A DNA stretch of 64,000 nucleotides from the human T2T-CHM13v2.0 reference genome, Homo sapiens, in contig CP068257.2 in assembly GCA_009914755.4 (NCBI GenBank), forward strand, positions 2,016,001 through 2,080,000, written 5' to 3'. Below are positions 52,936 to 64,000 of this stretch, piece by piece (positions within the stretch are counted from its first letter, which is position 1; each line of letters opens with the position of its first letter). The notes under the pieces were generated by a model that ran no database searches, was not told where the DNA came from, and saw only the letters and a list, made by a program, of their open reading frames with translations. The position numbers and the translations under genes were made by a program.

Positions 52936-55900
52936 AATGGAATGCAATGGAATGGAATAGAATGGAATGGAATGAAATTAAATGGAGTCATCCCGAGTGG
53001 AATGGAATGGAAAGGAATTGAATGGAATGGAATGGAATGGAATCAACCCGAGTGGAATGGAATGGAATGCAATGGAATGGAATGGAATGGAATGGCATCA
53101 ACCTGAATGGAATGGAATAGAATGGAATGGAATTCAATGGAATGGAATGCTATCAACCCGAGTGACATGGAATGGAATGGAATGGAATGGAATGGAATCA
53201 AATGTAATGGAATGGAATGGAATCAACCCGAGTGGAATGGAATGGATTGGAATGGAATGGAAAGGAAAGGAAAGGAATGGAATGGAATGGAATGGAATGG
53301 AATCAAAATGAGTAGAATGGAATGGAATGGAATTATATGGAATGGAATGGAATGGGATGTTATGGAATGGAATGGAATGGAATCAACCCGGGTGGAATGG
53401 AATGGAATGGAATGGAATCAACCAGAAGGGATTGGAATGGAATGTAATGCAATGGAATGGAATGGAATGGAATCAACCCGAGTGTATTGGAATGGAATGC
53501 AATGGAGTGGAAGGGAATGGAATGGAATGGAATGCAATGCAATAGAATGGAATGGAAAGGAATGGAATGAAATAGCCTCGAATGCAACAGAATGGAATGT
53601 AATCAACTCGAGTGGAATGGAATGGAAAGGAGCGGAATGCAATGGAATGGAATGCAATAGAATGGAATTGAATGGAATGGAATGAAGTGGCCTCGAATGC
53701 AATAGAATGAAATGGAATCAACTCGAATGGAATGGAATGGAATGGAATGGAATGGAATGGAATGGAAAGGAATCAACTGGAATGGAATGGAATGGAATGG
53801 AATCAACGCAAGTGGAATGGAATGGAATGGAATGGAATGGAATGGAATGGAATGGAATGGAATGCAATGGACTCAAGCGGAGTGGAAAAGAATGTAACGG
53901 AATGGAAAGGAATGGAACATCCAGAGTGGAATGGAATGGAATGAAATGGAATGGAATGGAATGGAATGGAATGGAATGAAATGGAATGGAATGGAATGGA
54001 ATGGAATGGAATTTAATGGAGTCTTCCCGAGTGGAATGGAATGGAATGGAATGGAATGGAATCACCCCGAGAGGAATGGAATGGAATGCAATGCAATGGA
54101 ATGGAATGGAATGTCATCAACCCGAATGGAATGGAATAGAATGGAATGGAATTGAATGGAATGGAATGCTATCAACCCGAGTGGCATGGAATGGCATGGA
54201 AAGGAATGGAATCAAATGGAATGGAATGGAATGGAATGGAATGGAATGGAATGGAATGGAATGGAATGGAATCAACCCGAGTGGAATGCAATGGAAAGGA
54301 ATGGAATGGAATGGAATGGAATGGAATGGAATGGAATGGAATGGAATCAACCCGAGTGAATGGAATGGAATGGAATGGAAAGGAATGGAATCAACCCGAG
54401 TGGAATGGAGTGGAATGGAATGGAATGGAATGGAATCAACCCAAGTGGAATGGAATGGAATGGAATGGAATGGAATGGAATGGAATGGAATGGAATCAAC
54501 CCGAGGGGAATGGAATGGAATGCAATGGAATGGAATGGTATGGAATGGAATGGAAAGGAATGGAATCAACCTGAGTGGAATGGAATGGAATGGAATGGAA
54601 TGGAATGGAATGGAATGGAACGGAATCAACCCCAGTGTAGTGGAATGAAAGGAATGGAATGGAATGGAATGGAATAGAATCAACTAGAATGGAATAGAAT
54701 GGAATGGAATGGAATGGAATGGAATGGAATGGAATGGAATCAACCCGAGTGGAATGCAATGGAAAGGAATGGAATGAAATGGAATGGAAGGGAATATAAT
54801 GGAATGGAATGGAATGGAATCAACCCGAGTGCAATGGAATGGAATGGAATGGAATGGAATGGAATGGAATGGAATGCATTGGAATGGCATGGAATGGAAT
54901 GGAATCGAATGGAGTCAATTCGAGTGGAATGGAATGGAATGGAATGGAATAGATTGGAATGGAATGGAATGGAATGGAATGGAATGGAATGGAATGGAAT
55001 GGAATGGAATGGAGTGGAATGGAGTGGGATGGATTAGAGTGGAGTGGAGTGGAGTGTTATGGAGAGGAGTGGACTGTAGTGGAATGGAATTGAATGGACC
55101 AGAGTGGAATAGTGTGGAATCGAGTTGGGTGGAATGGATTGGAATGGATTAAAGTGGAATGGAGTGGAGTGGAGTGGACTGGGGTGGAATGGAATGGAGT
55201 GGAGTGGAGTGCAACTGAGTGTAGTGGAGTGGAGTGGAACGGTATGGAGAGGAGAGGAATGGAATGGAATGGAATGGAAAGGAGTCAACTGGAATGGGAT
55301 TGAGTGAAATGGAATGGAACAGATGGGAATGTAATGGAATGGCGTAGAGTGGAATGGAATGGAGTGAAGTGGAATGGATTCGATTGGAAAAGAAAGGATT
55401 GGATTGGTGTTGAGTGGAATGGAGTGGAGTGGAATGGAGTAGGCTGGAGTGGATTGAAGTGGAGTGGAGTGGAATGTACTCGAATGGAATGGAATGGAGT
55501 GGAGTGGAGTGGAGTGCAATGGAATAGAATGGATTGAAGTGGAATGTAATGGAATGGAATGGAATGGAGTGGAATGCAATGGATTGGAAAGCGGAATGGA
55601 ATGGAATGTAACAGAGTGGAATGGAATGGAATGGAGTGGAGTGGAAGGAATGGAAAGAAGAGGAATGGATTTGAGATGAATAAAGTGGAATGGAATGCAG
55701 TGGAGCGGAATAAAATGGAAAGGAGTGGAACGGAATGGAATGGAGTGTAATGGAATGGAGTGGAGTGGAGTGGACTGGAGTGGAGTGCAGTGGAATGGAG
55801 TGGAATAGAATGGTGTAGAATGCAGTGGAATGGATTGGAGAGTGTAGAATGGAATGGAGTGTAGTGGAATTGAATAGAGCGGAGTGGAACCGAGTGGAGT

Positions 55901-56714
55901 GGAGTGGATTGGAGAGAGTTGTATTGAATGGAATGGAGTGGAAAGGAGTGGAGTACAATGGAATGGAGTGGAATGGAATGGAACGGAGTGGGATGGAATG
56001 TAATGAATTGGAGTTGAGTGGAATTGAGTGTATTTGAATGGAGTTGTGTGTAATGGAATGGAATGGAGTGGAGTTGAATGAAAAGTAGAGGAATGGAATG
56101 GAAAGAAGGGAGTGCAGTGGAGCGGAGTGGAATGGAATGGACTGGAGTGGAGTGGAATGGAGAGCAGTGGAGTGGAATGGAGTGGAGTTGAATTGAGTGG
56201 AGTGCAATGGAGTGGAGTGGAGTGGAATGGAGTGGAGTGGAGGGGAATGAACTAGAGTGGAATGGAATGGAGTGGATTGGTATGGACTGGAGTGAAATGG
56301 AAATGATTGGAGTGGAATGGAATGGAATGGAGTGGAGTGGAGTGGAGTGTGGTTGAATGGATTTGAGTGGAGTGGAGTGGTGTGGAATGGAATGGGGTGA
56401 AATGGATTTGAACGGAGTTCAATGGAGTCAAATGGAGCGGAGTGGAGCGGAATGGAATGCAGTGGAGTGAGGTAGAGTGGATTGGATTGGAGTGTTATGG
56501 AGAGGAGGGGAGTGTAGTGGAATCGAATGGACTGGAAGGGAATGGCGTAGAATTGAATTGAGTGGAGAGGATTGGAATGGATTTGGGTGGAATGGACTGA
56601 AGTGGAATGGAATGGAGTGGAATGGAATGGAGTGGAGTGGAGTGGAGTGCAACTGATTGGAGTGGAGTGGAGTAGAATGGAATGTAGAGGAGTGGAATGG
56701 AATGGAATGGAATG

Positions 56715-56870
56715 GAAAGTAGTGAACTGGCATGGCATGGACTGAAGAATGGAATAGGATGGGATGTAATGGAATGGAGTGGAGAGGAATGCAAAGGAGT
56801 GAACTGGAATGGAATGGACTGAAGTGGAATGGAATAGGATGGGATGTAACGGAATGAAGTAGAGAGGAAT
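56715..56870 (+). repeat. 77-bp tandem duplication
   Basis: agtgaactgg occurs at 56,721 and 56,797. ggactgaag(a/t).tggaataggatgggatgtaa(t/c)ggaatg occurs at 56,738 and 56,815. Confidence 0.75.
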
Positions 56871-59800
56871 AGAATGGAGTGAAGTGGAATGGATTCAAAT
56901 AGACTAGAAAGAAGTGGGATGGAGTTGAGTGGAATGGAATGGAGTGGAATGGAGTTGGGTGGAGTGGAATGAAGTGGAGTGGAGTGGAATGTACTGGAAT
57001 GGAATGGAGAATAGTGGAGTGGAATGGAGTGGAATTTAGTGGAGTTGAGTGGAACGTACTGGAATGGATTGCAGTGGAATGGAGAGGAATGGAATGGAAC
57101 GTAGTGGAATGGAATGGAGTGGAGTGGAATGGAATGGATTGGATAGGAAAGGAATGGATGGAATGGAGTGCAATGGAATGGAATGGAGTGGAGTGGAAAG
57201 GAATGGAATTGAGGGGAATGGAATGCAGTGTAATAAAGTGCAATGGAATGCAGTGGAGTGGAATAAAATGGAGTGGAGTGGAACGGAATGGAATGGAGTG
57301 TAATGAAATGGAGTGGAGTGGAGTGCAGTGGAATGGAGTGGAATGGAATAGAATGGTGTGGAATGAAGTGGAATGGAGTGGAATGGAGTGGAGAATGTGG
57401 AATGCAATGGAGTGGAGTGGAATTGTGTGGAATGGAATGGAGTGGAGTAGAATGCAATGTATTGGAAAGGAATGAAATAGACTGGAGTGGAATATTATGG
57501 ATTGGAGTGGAGTAGAGTGGAGTGGAGTGGAGTTTAATGGAATGCAGTGGTGTGGAGTGGAGTGGAATGGAATGGAGTGGAGTGGACTACAGTGTAGTGG
57601 AGTGAAATGGACTGGAATGGAATGGAGTGGAGTAGAGAGAAGAGGATTGGAATGGATAGGAGTGGAATAGACTGGAATGGAATGGTGCAGAGTGAAATGG
57701 AGCTTACCAGAGTGGAAAGGAGTGGAAAGGAATGGAGTGTCATAAAATGGAACATGGTGGAGTTGAACTGAGTGGAGTGGAGAGGAATGAAGTGGAGAGG
57801 AATGAAGTGGAGTGGAATGGAGTGGAATGGAGTAGAATGAATCGGAGTGGAGAGGAATAGAGAGGAATGGTATGGAGAAGAGTGGAATGGAATGGAATGG
57901 AGTGGAATTGAATGGAGTGGAGTGGAGTGGAGTGGAATGCAGTGGAGTTGTGAGGAGTGGAAAAGAGTCGAGTGGCAGGGAATTGAAGGGAATGGAATGG
58001 AATTAAATAGAATGGAATGGAATAGTGTGGAATGGAGTGGAGTGGAATGGAGTGGAGTGCATTGGAATGGAGTGGAGGGGAGTGGAATGGAATGTAGTGG
58101 ATTGGAGTGGCATTGAATGGAATGTAATGGATTGGAGTGGAATGGAGTGGAGTGCAGTGGAATGGACTAAAATGGAATGGAGTGGAGTATAGTAGAGTAG
58201 AGTACAGTGGAGTGGGGTAGAATGGAGTGGATTATGGTAGAGTAAAGTGGAATGGAGTGGAGCAGAATGGAATGGAGTGGATTGGAATAGAGTGGAGTGT
58301 AGTGGAATTGCGTGGAATGGAATGCAGTGGAGTGGCATAAAGTGGAATTGTTTGGAATGGAATACAATTGACTGGAATGGAATGGAGTGGAATTGAGTGG
58401 AGTGGAATGGAGTTGAGTGGAATGGATTGGAGTGGAGTGGAATGTAGTGGAGTGGAGTGGAGTGAAGTGGAGAGGAGGGGAATGGAGTGGAGTAAATTGG
58501 AGGAGTGTGGAATGTAGTGGAATGGAATGCTCTGGAGTGGAGTGTAGTGTATTGGAATGGAATGGAGTGGAGTTGCATGGAGTGGAGTGGAGTGGAATGG
58601 ACTGGAATGGAGTGGAATTGAGTGGAGTGGAATGGAGTGCAGTGGAGTGGAGTGGAATGGAATGGAGTCTAGTGGAATGGAGTGGAATGGAGAGGAATGG
58701 AGTGGAATTTAATGGAGTGGAATGGAATGTAGTGGAGAGGAATGGAGTGGAGTGGAGTGGTGTGGAGTAGAGTGGAGTGGAATGAAGTGGAATGGAGGGG
58801 AATGGAGAGGAACGAAGTGTAGTGGAGTGGAATGGAATTAAGTGGAGCAGAATGGAATGGAGTGCAATGCTATGGAATGGAGTGGAGTAGAATGAAGTGG
58901 ACTGGAGTGGAGTGTAGGGGAGTAATACAGAAAGGAATGGAGTGGAGTGGAGTGGAGTAGAGTGGAGTGGAGTGGAGTAGAGTGGAGTGGAGTGTCATGG
59001 AGTGGGGTGGAATGGAGTGGATTGGAATGGAATGGATTGGAATTAAATGGATTGGAGTGGAATTGAATGGAGGGGAATGGAATGGTGACAAATGGATTAG
59101 AAAGTATTTCAGTCGTGTGGAAAAAATGGAGTGGAAGGGAAAGGAAAGGAATTCAATGGAATGCACTGAAGTGGAGTGACATGGAGTGGACTGCAGTGGA
59201 ATGAGGTAGAATGGAATGCAGTGGAGTGGAATGGAATGGAATGGAAAGGAAAGGAAAGTAATGGAATGGAGTTGTGTGTAATGGAATGGAGTGCAGTGTA
59301 ATTGAGTGGACTGCAGTGAAGTGGAGTGGAATGGAGTTGAATGGAGGGGAATGAAGTGGAGTGGAGTGGAGGGGAAGGAAGTGGAGTGGACTAGAATGGA
59401 GTGGAATGGAGTGGAATGGAATGCAGTGGACAGGAATGGAATGGAGTGGAGTGCAGTGGATTAGAGTTGAGTGGAGTCGAGTGCAGTGGATTAGAATGGA
59501 AAAGATTGCAATGGAGAGGAGAGGAATGGAATGGAGAGGGGTGGAATGGATTGCAATGGAGTGGAATGGAATGCAATGGAGTTTAGTTGAGTAGAGTGGA
59601 GTGGAAAGGAGTGGGGTGGAATGGAGTTGAGTGGATTGGAGAGGAATGGAATCGAGTGGAGTCAAATTGAAAAGAGTGGAGTGGAATTGAGTGGAATGGA
59701 TTGCAGCGGAGTGGAATTGTGTAGAATGGAATGAAGTGGAATGGAGTGGAGTGGAGTCAAGTGGAGTGGAGTGGAATGGAGTGGAGTGGAATGGAGTGGA

Positions 59801-62589
59801 GTGGGGTGGAATGGGGTGAAATGGAATGGAATTAAGTGTAAAGGAATTCAGTAGAGGAGAATGGAATGGAGTGCAGAGGAATGTAATGAAATTCATAGGA
59901 GTGGAATGGAATGGAATGGAATAGAATGGGATGGAATGCAGTGGAGTTGAGTGGAATGGATTGGAGAGGAATGGAATGTAGTAGAATGGAAAGCAGTGGA
60001 ATGGAATGGCGTGGAATGGAATGGAAAGCTCTGAATTGGTGTTGAATGGAATGGAGTGGATGGAGTGGAAAGGAGTGAAGTGGAATGGGGTGGAATGGAA
60101 TGAAGTGGAGTGGAATGGAATGGAATGCAATGGAGTGTTGTGGAATGGAGTGGATTGGAGTAGAATTAAGTGGACTGGAGTGGTGTGCAGTGGAATCAAG
60201 TGGTGGGGAGTGGAATGAAGTGGAGTTTAGTGGAATGGAGTGGAAAGGAATGGAGTGGAGTGGAAAGGAATAGATTGGATTGGAGTAAAGTGCAATGGAG
60301 TGGAGTGGAGTGGAGTGCAATGCAATGCAGTGGAGTGGAGAGGTGAGGAATGGAATGGAGTTGAAAGGAATGGAGTAGAGTGGAGTGGAAAGGACTGGAA
60401 TGGAATGGAGTGGAGTGGAGTAGAGTGGAGTGTAGAGGAGAGGGGTCGAATGGAGTGGGGTGGAGTGGAATGGAATGGAATGGAGTGGAGTAAAATGGAC
60501 TGGCTTGGAGTGGCACCGAGTAGAATGGAATGGAGTGGAATGAAATGCTGTTGAAGGGAATAAAATGGAGTGGCGTGGAATGGAATGGAATGGAGTGGAG
60601 TGGAGTGGAGTGGAATGGAGTGCAGTGGAGTGGAATGGAGTGGAATGGAATGGAGTGGAGAAGAATGGAATTTAGTAGAGTGGAGAAGAGTGGAGTGGAG
60701 TGGAATGGAACGAAGTGCAGTGGACTGAAGTGGAGAGCAAAGGAATGGATTAAAGTGGAATTGAGGGGAGTGGAATAGGAAGGAGTAGAGTGGAATGGTG
60801 TGGAATGGATTGGAATGCAATGTAGTGGAATGTAGTGGAGAAGAGTGGAATGGAATTGAGTACAGTGGATTAAAATGGAATGGAGTTGATTTAAATGGAA
60901 TGTAGTGGAATGGAATGAAGTGGAGGGGAGTGGTGTTTAGTGGAGTGTAGTGGAATGGAGTGGAATTGAATGGAATGGAGTGGAATGGAGTGGAGTGCAG
61001 TGGAAGGGAATTAAGTGGAGTGGAATGGATGGAGTGGATCGGAGGGGAGTAGAATGGAGAGGACTGGAGTGAAGTGGAGTGCAGAAGATCGCAAATTAGT
61101 GGAGTGGAGTGGAATGGAATGGAATGGAGTTGAATGCAGTGGAATTTAGTTGAATGGAGTGCAGTGCAGTGGAATGGAATTAAGTGGAGTGGAATGGAAT
61201 AGTGTGGAATGGAATGGAATGCAGTCGAGTAGAATGGTGGGGACTGGAGTAGAGTGGAGTGGAGTGGAATGAAAAGGAGTAGAGTGGAGTGGAGAGGAAT
61301 GGAGTAGAGTGGAAAGGAATGGAGTCAAGCAGAATGCAGTGGAGTGGAGAGGAATGGAGTGGAACGGAATGGAGAGGAGTGGAATGGAGTGGAGTGGAAT
61401 GGAATGGAATGGAATGGAATGGAGTGGAGTGTAATGGAATGGATTTGATTGGAGTCAATGGAGTGGAATGGAATGGAATGGAATGGAGTGGAATGGAGTG
61501 GAATGGAGTGCTGTGGCGTGGATGGAAATGGAATGGAGTGGAATGGAGAGGAAAGTAATGGAGTGGAGTGGAGTGGAATGGAATAAAGTGAAATGCAGTG
61601 GAATGGAACAGAGTTAAATGGAGTGGAATTGAGTGTAGTGGAGTGGAATGGAATCGAATGCAGTGGAATAAAATGGTGTGGAGGGGAATGGAATGGAATG
61701 GAGTGGAATTGAATGGAGTGGAATGCAGTGGTGTGGATATCAGTGGAGTGTAATTAAATGGAGAGTAATGGAATGGAATGGAGTGGAATGGAGAGGAACG
61801 AAGTGGAGTGGAGTGGAATGGAAGTATGTGGAGTGGAATGGAATGGAGAGGAATGGTATGGAATGGAATGGAGAAGAATGAAGTGGACTGGAATGGAGTG
61901 GAGAGGAGTAGAATGGAAACGAGTGGAGTGGAGTTGAGTGGAGTGGAGATGAGTGGGGTAGATTGGAGTGGAGTGTAATGGAGTGGAGTGTAATGGAGTG
62001 GAGTGGAGTTGAGTGGAGTGGAGATGAGTGGGGTAGATTGGAGTGGAATTGAGTGGAGTGTAATGGAGTGGAGTGGAATTGCAGGGCATGGAAGGGCATG
62101 AAATGGATTGGAATGGTTTGCAGGGGTGTGGAAAAATTGGAGTGGAGGGGAGGGGATTCGTATGGAGTGGAATGGAATGGAGTGGAATGGAGTGCCTTGG
62201 AATGGAGTGGAATGGAATGGAATGGAGTATAATGGAGTGTTATGGAGAGGAGTGGAGTGGAATGGACTGGACTGAAATGGAGCGGAGTGGAGTGGGGTGG
62301 TATGAATAGGAGTGGATTCCAGTGGAATGTGATGGAATGTAGTGGAATGGAGTGCAGTGGAGTGGAATGGAGTGGAATGGAGTGGAGTGGACGGGAAAGG
62401 AATGTAGTGGAGTGGAATGGAATGAAAGTGAATGGAGTAGAGTGGAATGGAATGGAATGGAATGGAGTGGAGTGGAGTGGAATGGGATGGAGTGGAGTGG
62501 AATGGAAAGGAGTGGAGTGGAACAGAGTGGACTGGTGTGGAATGGAAATTAATCGAATGGAGTTTAATACAGAGAAGTAAAATGAAATG

Positions 62590-63870
62590 GAATGTAGGGG
62601 AACGGATTTAGTGGAATGGAATGGAATGCCCGGAAGAGGAGAGGAATGGAGTGGAGTGAAGTGGAGAGGAGTGGAGTGGAATGGGGTGGAATGCAATGAA
62701 GTGGATTGGAATGGAATGGAATGAAAGGAATGGAATGGAGTGCTGTGGAAAGGAATGGAGATGAGTACAATGCAGTGGAATGGAATGGAGTGGAGTGCAG
62801 TGAATTAGAGTGGACTTACTTGAAATGGAGTGGAAAGGAGTGTAAAGAAGTGAAATGGAATGGAATGGAGTGGAATGGAATGGAAGTCAGTGGGGTGGAG
62901 TGTAACGGAATGGAGTGGAGCAGAGTGGTGCGGAATTGTATGGAATGGAGTGGACTGGAGTGGAGTGGAATATAGTGGAGGTCAATTGAGAGGAGTGGAA
63001 TGGAATAGGGTGAAATGGAATGGAATGTAGTGGAATACAGTGGAATGGAGTGGAGTGGAGGGGAAAGGAGTGGAGTGGAATGGAATGGAATGGAGTGGAA
63101 TGGATCGAGTGGAGTGGAATGGAATGTAGTAGAGTGGAACAGAGTTGAGTGGTGTGGAACGGTAGTAAGTGGAATGGAGTGGAACGGAGAGAAGTGAAAT
63201 GGAGTTCAGTGGAAGAGAACGGATGTAGTGGAATGGAATGGAATGCCCTGAAGACGAGTGGAATGGAGTGGAGTGAAGAGGATTTGAGTGGAGTGGAATG
63301 GGGTGGAATGGAATGAAGTGGAGTGGAATGGAATGGAATGGAATGAAATGGAATTGAATGCAGTAGTGTGGACAGGAATGGAATTGAGTACAATGGAGTG
63401 GACTGCAGTGGAGTGGAGTGGAAAGGAGTACAATGGAGGGGAATGAAGTGCAGTGGAGTGGAATGTATTGGAATGGAATGGAGTTGAGTTGAATGGAATG
63501 GAGTGGAGAGGAATGGAATGGAGTGTAGTAGAGTAGAGTGGTGTGGAATGGAATGAAATGGAATGCAGTGTTGTGGAGTGGAGTGGAATTGAATGTAGTG
63601 GAGTGGAATAGAGTGGTGTGGAGAGAAACTGGGATGGAATGAAGTGGAGTGGAGTAGAGTGGACTGGAGTGGAGTGGGGTGGAATGGAGTGGAGTGGAGT
63701 GGAATGGAATGCTGTGGAGTGGAATGGAGTGGAATGGAATGAAGTGGAGTGGAATAAAATAGAGTGAATGGGAATGGAGTGGAAAGGATGGAATTGAAGG
63801 GAGTGGAATGGAGTGGAGGGGAATGGAATGGAGTGCAGTTGAGAGGAAAGAATTGCAGTGGAGTGGAATG
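62590..63870 (+). repeat. ~617-bp two-copy HOR marked by an atypical GC-rich unit GGAATGCCC(G/T)GAAGA(G/C)GAG
   Basis: ggaatgccc occurs at 62,624 and 63,240. Downstream, gagtggagtgaag…gaatggggtggaatg…gaatgaagtgga.tggaatggaatggaatg and gagtacaatg (62,772 / 63,386) recur at the same offset. Confidence 0.7.
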
Positions 63871-64000
63871 GAGAGGAATGGAATAAAGTGGAGTGGAGTG
63901 GAATTGAGTGGAGTCGTGTGGAATGGAGTTGAGTGGAGTACAATGGAGTGGAAGGGAGTGGAGAGGAATGGAATGGAATGAAGTGCACTGGAATGAAGTG

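Larger units (their letters stand above)
50530..55020 (+). repeat. Canonical satellite III: (GGAAT)n interspersed with the CAACCCGAGT 10-mer and variants (domain D)
   Basis: Dozens of GGAATCAACCCGAGTGGAATGG units are present, with variants CAACACGAGT, CAACTCGAGT, CAACCAGAAGG, CATCCAGAGTGG, CAATCGGAGTGG and CAACCGAAGTGG. This matches the classical description of satellite III as ATTCC repeats plus A(T/C)TCGGGTTG. Such motifs are essentially absent from domains A, C and E. Confidence 0.9.
55021..64000 (+). repeat. Diverged pentameric GGAAT/GGAGT satellite (domain E)
   Basis: GGAGT/GCAGT-rich pentamers lacking CAACCCGAGT resume immediately after the pure (GGAAT)12 run at 54,950-55,010. Confidence 0.9.

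Noticed and set aside
50530-55020. CAACCCGAGT units as degenerate telomere-like or tRNA-like elements
   Set aside because: The 10-mer with its variants is the well-known HSat3 interspersed decamer. It is always embedded in-phase between GGAAT runs and shows no RNA-gene structure.
1-64000. Prompt hypothesis that the window holds a novel biological (defence/operon-like) system
   Set aside because: There is no non-repetitive sequence longer than ~85 bp anywhere in the window, no promoters, RBS or terminators in a meaningful arrangement, and no coding potential beyond repeat artefacts. The sequence is a eukaryotic pericentromeric-type satellite.

Overview
The whole 64-kb window is tandem pentameric satellite DNA of the (GGAAT)n family, which reads ATTCC on the minus strand. 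This is the hallmark of human/great-ape classical satellite III (HSat3). I see no credible protein-coding gene, RNA gene, transposon, CRISPR array or prokaryotic-style system. All ORFs in the six-frame track are artefacts: a GGAAT array has no stop codon in any frame on either strand, so it reads as MEWNG/IPFHS-type low-complexity peptides.

The content is in the internal architecture, which has at least five sub-domains in a single orientation (G-rich strand on +):
(A) 1-35,899: a diverged GGAAT/GGAGT array.
(B) 35,900-37,985: a sharply different, highly homogeneous sub-array in which the trimer GGA is replaced by its reverse complement TCC. This creates GGAATTCC (EcoRI/NcoI) palindromes 10-14 bp long, and includes a perfect 35-bp x7 periodic block.
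(C) 37,986-50,529: a diverged array.
(D) 50,530-55,020: canonical HSat3, with pentamers interspersed with the diagnostic CAACCCGAGT 10-mer and its own 60-bp and ~215-bp higher-order repeats.
(E) 55,021-64,000: a diverged array.

Superimposed on A and C is a multi-kb higher-order repeat (period ~4.4-5.6 kb). At least five partially homologous copies are anchored by the same rare non-pentameric motifs. Domain B appears to sit inside this array as an ~8-kb-spaced interruption.

There are also several perfect or near-perfect recent tandem duplications (120 bp, 85 bp, 77 bp, ~617 bp) and pure (GGAAT)12-16 slippage runs. There is no evidence for a novel biological system in the gene/operon sense. 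The interesting aspects are satellite evolution, structure-forming palindromes and higher-order-repeat organisation.
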